From positions 52,762,001-52,826,000 of the forward strand of contig OX638150.1 of the NCBI GenBank assembly GCA_951804945.1: a stretch of 64,000 nucleotides of DNA, in the 5' to 3' direction. This DNA comes from Podarcis cretensis (Eukaryota). The notes beneath the pieces were generated by a model. That model worked only from the letters and a program-made list of their open reading frames with translations, was not told where the DNA came from and ran no database searches. Positions 62,030 to 64,000 of the stretch are shown here, one piece after another (positions within the stretch are counted from its first letter, which is position 1; each line of letters starts with the position of its first letter). The translations under genes and the position numbers were made by a program.

Positions 62030-62750
62030 TCGCCCTGTCTAACGCCGGAGCCGTGCCCGTTTGCAAATGACATCATACCAGGCAGACGACGATGCACGCC
62101 CACTTGTTGGAGACGCGCATGCGATGCCGGGCCAGAAACCCAGCCGCGGGTTTCTCCGAGCTGCCTGTAGGCGTCGCGGTGGGTAAATGCCTCGCTTTCC
62201 GGGCGAGCTCTTGCGGCTCCGCTCTGCAGGCGGCAGGTGGCGCCAGATCCCGCCTAGAAGCCGCCGCCCCAGCTTGCGAGCGTTTGCGTTCCCGCAGGCT
62301 CGAGCTCCTTTCTCTTGCGCACTCGGTCCCAGCTTCGCCTTCAGTAGCATTTGCAAGCAGCCGGGCTGAGGAGCGAAGCGCTGTCCGTTCAGCACCACCT
62401 AGGCGAGAGCGCGGGGGGAGAGCAGAGCCAGCCCTTTTGCGCAATCCGGACAGAACCTCCTTCTGAGAGCGCGGTGTGCCCTGCAGTAAGTAGCCAGCGC
62501 GGGAGACTGGCGGGCTCCGAGGTTGGGTGGGCTGGGCTGGGCTGGGGGTCTTGCGTGGGCGTTTGGCTCGGTCTTTCTGCTGGTGAAGCGCCCGTTCGCT
62601 TGTGCCTCTGCCGCCCAGCACTCCTGGCGCAGATTTATCAGCTCTCCGGAGAAAACGAGGGCTTTCCGATTCCCTTCCTGTTCAAAATGCAGCCCCAGAC
62701 GCAAGCGTGTCCATCCTCGAACGGCAGGCTCGGAACAGGGGGGTGGCTAA
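62030..62750 (+). promoter_or_regulatory. NSG2: CpG island, promoter and non-coding exon 1 of NSG2
   Basis: CpG-rich. CRE-like TGACATCA at 62068-62075, NRF1-type palindrome CGCATGCG at 62116-62123, RE1 half-sites at 62377-62397, and donor GCA|GTAAGT at 62486. Confidence 0.8.
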
Positions 62751-63278
62751 AATAATGGTTCTGATTAAACACCACACCCCAAGGGGTTAATGCAGCAGTC
62801 GTGATTAAAACAACAACGCACAGCGCAACACACACACGCACACACAAAAGCCCCAGGCCAGAACCACCCTTTCCTTGTGCAAGCCTCCTGGTTTCCTTGG
62901 ATTTCTAACAAAGCAGCAAGGCGGGGTTCGCTCATCTGACATGATCGTGATTTATCGCTTTGCTTATTATGTTTGGATCTAAGCAAGGGGAGGCTTGATC
63001 CGGACTCTCTTGGAAGGCGGCTCAAGAAGCATGCTTGGTAATGATGTTCTGTTGTTTTAAATGGTGCCCAGAGATTGCTACCAAATGTGAGATGCTTCCC
63101 CCGCACCCACCAGTAACTTCCTCCAGTGATCTAGCAGAGACATTCAAATGGAAAGGAAGGGGTGATAGGCAAGGTTGATGGAAGCAAGGCAAAGCAACAT
63201 CTCTCTTCCTTAATTTCCAGTTTTCTCCCTCCCTCTTAACACTAGTCGTCTCTATATGTTTTTAGGTCTGGAAAGTGA

Positions 63279-63533
<255 letters not shown>

Positions 63534-64000
63534 TAAATGCTACCTTATAAAAAGGGATTGACTGTTTCCTGTGTGTTTGTGTGTGTGTGAGAGAGATTTA
63601 AAGCCCAGCAGACACACCACCTAAACCTGGGAAATGGTTCGTGACTGAAGTCTTCAAAATGGCAGAGTCTGTTCAACAGATTATTCACTCAAATTTAGTG
63701 GGGGAAGAAATAAAGCTGCGTCTGATCCACTAAAATGATTTTATGAATCATTGTGTTCTGTGCCTGCTCTGAGATTGTGATGATTTGGGGTGTTTTATTT
63801 TACAATTCTCAGGAGTGTGGTTAATATCTGAAATCCATATTGGTTATTCAATATTACACTAACCTTCTATAGATGAGCAGGTAAAATAATGCAGAGGGTC
63901 ATTCAGTGCCTTCATCTCCTCCCTCCCCCATAAATGGGCTTCTGGGAAGTGATCGCTTTTGTGAAACTCATAATCAAACCTTGTAGCTTTCGACTAGCAT

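Noticed and set aside
62039-62790. Several ORFs of 60-182 aa on both strands
   Set aside because: Explained by stop-codon depletion in the NSG2 CpG island.

Overview
Vertebrate genomic DNA, most likely from a lacertid lizard (it carries Sauria SINEs, Squam-type SINEs and squamate hAT/Tc1-mariner MITEs). It holds the syntenic block CPEB4 - C5orf47 - NSG2, all on the + strand. CPEB4 is present from the 24-nt neuronal microexon (16078-16101) through six further coding exons to the stop at 28844, followed by a long 3'UTR interrupted by three N runs. A complete 5-exon C5orf47 (DUF4680) model of 236 aa spans 45074-56445; the ORF track shows only its exon 1. The NSG2 CpG-island promoter, a non-coding first exon and the first coding exon lie at the end of the window. 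The rest is intron or intergenic sequence with many SINE, LINE and MITE copies and one solo LTR. The most notable observations are an RE1/REST site in NSG2 exon 1 whose left half is inverted in place, the conserved CPEB4 microexon with RBFOX sites, adjacent miR-9 and miR-124 seeds in the CPEB4 3'UTR, N runs confined to that 3'UTR, a promoter-like solo LTR followed by a splice donor, and several nested or tandem transposon insertions. I found no wholly new protein-coding system. Gene and repeat names come from my recall of the families, not from database searches.
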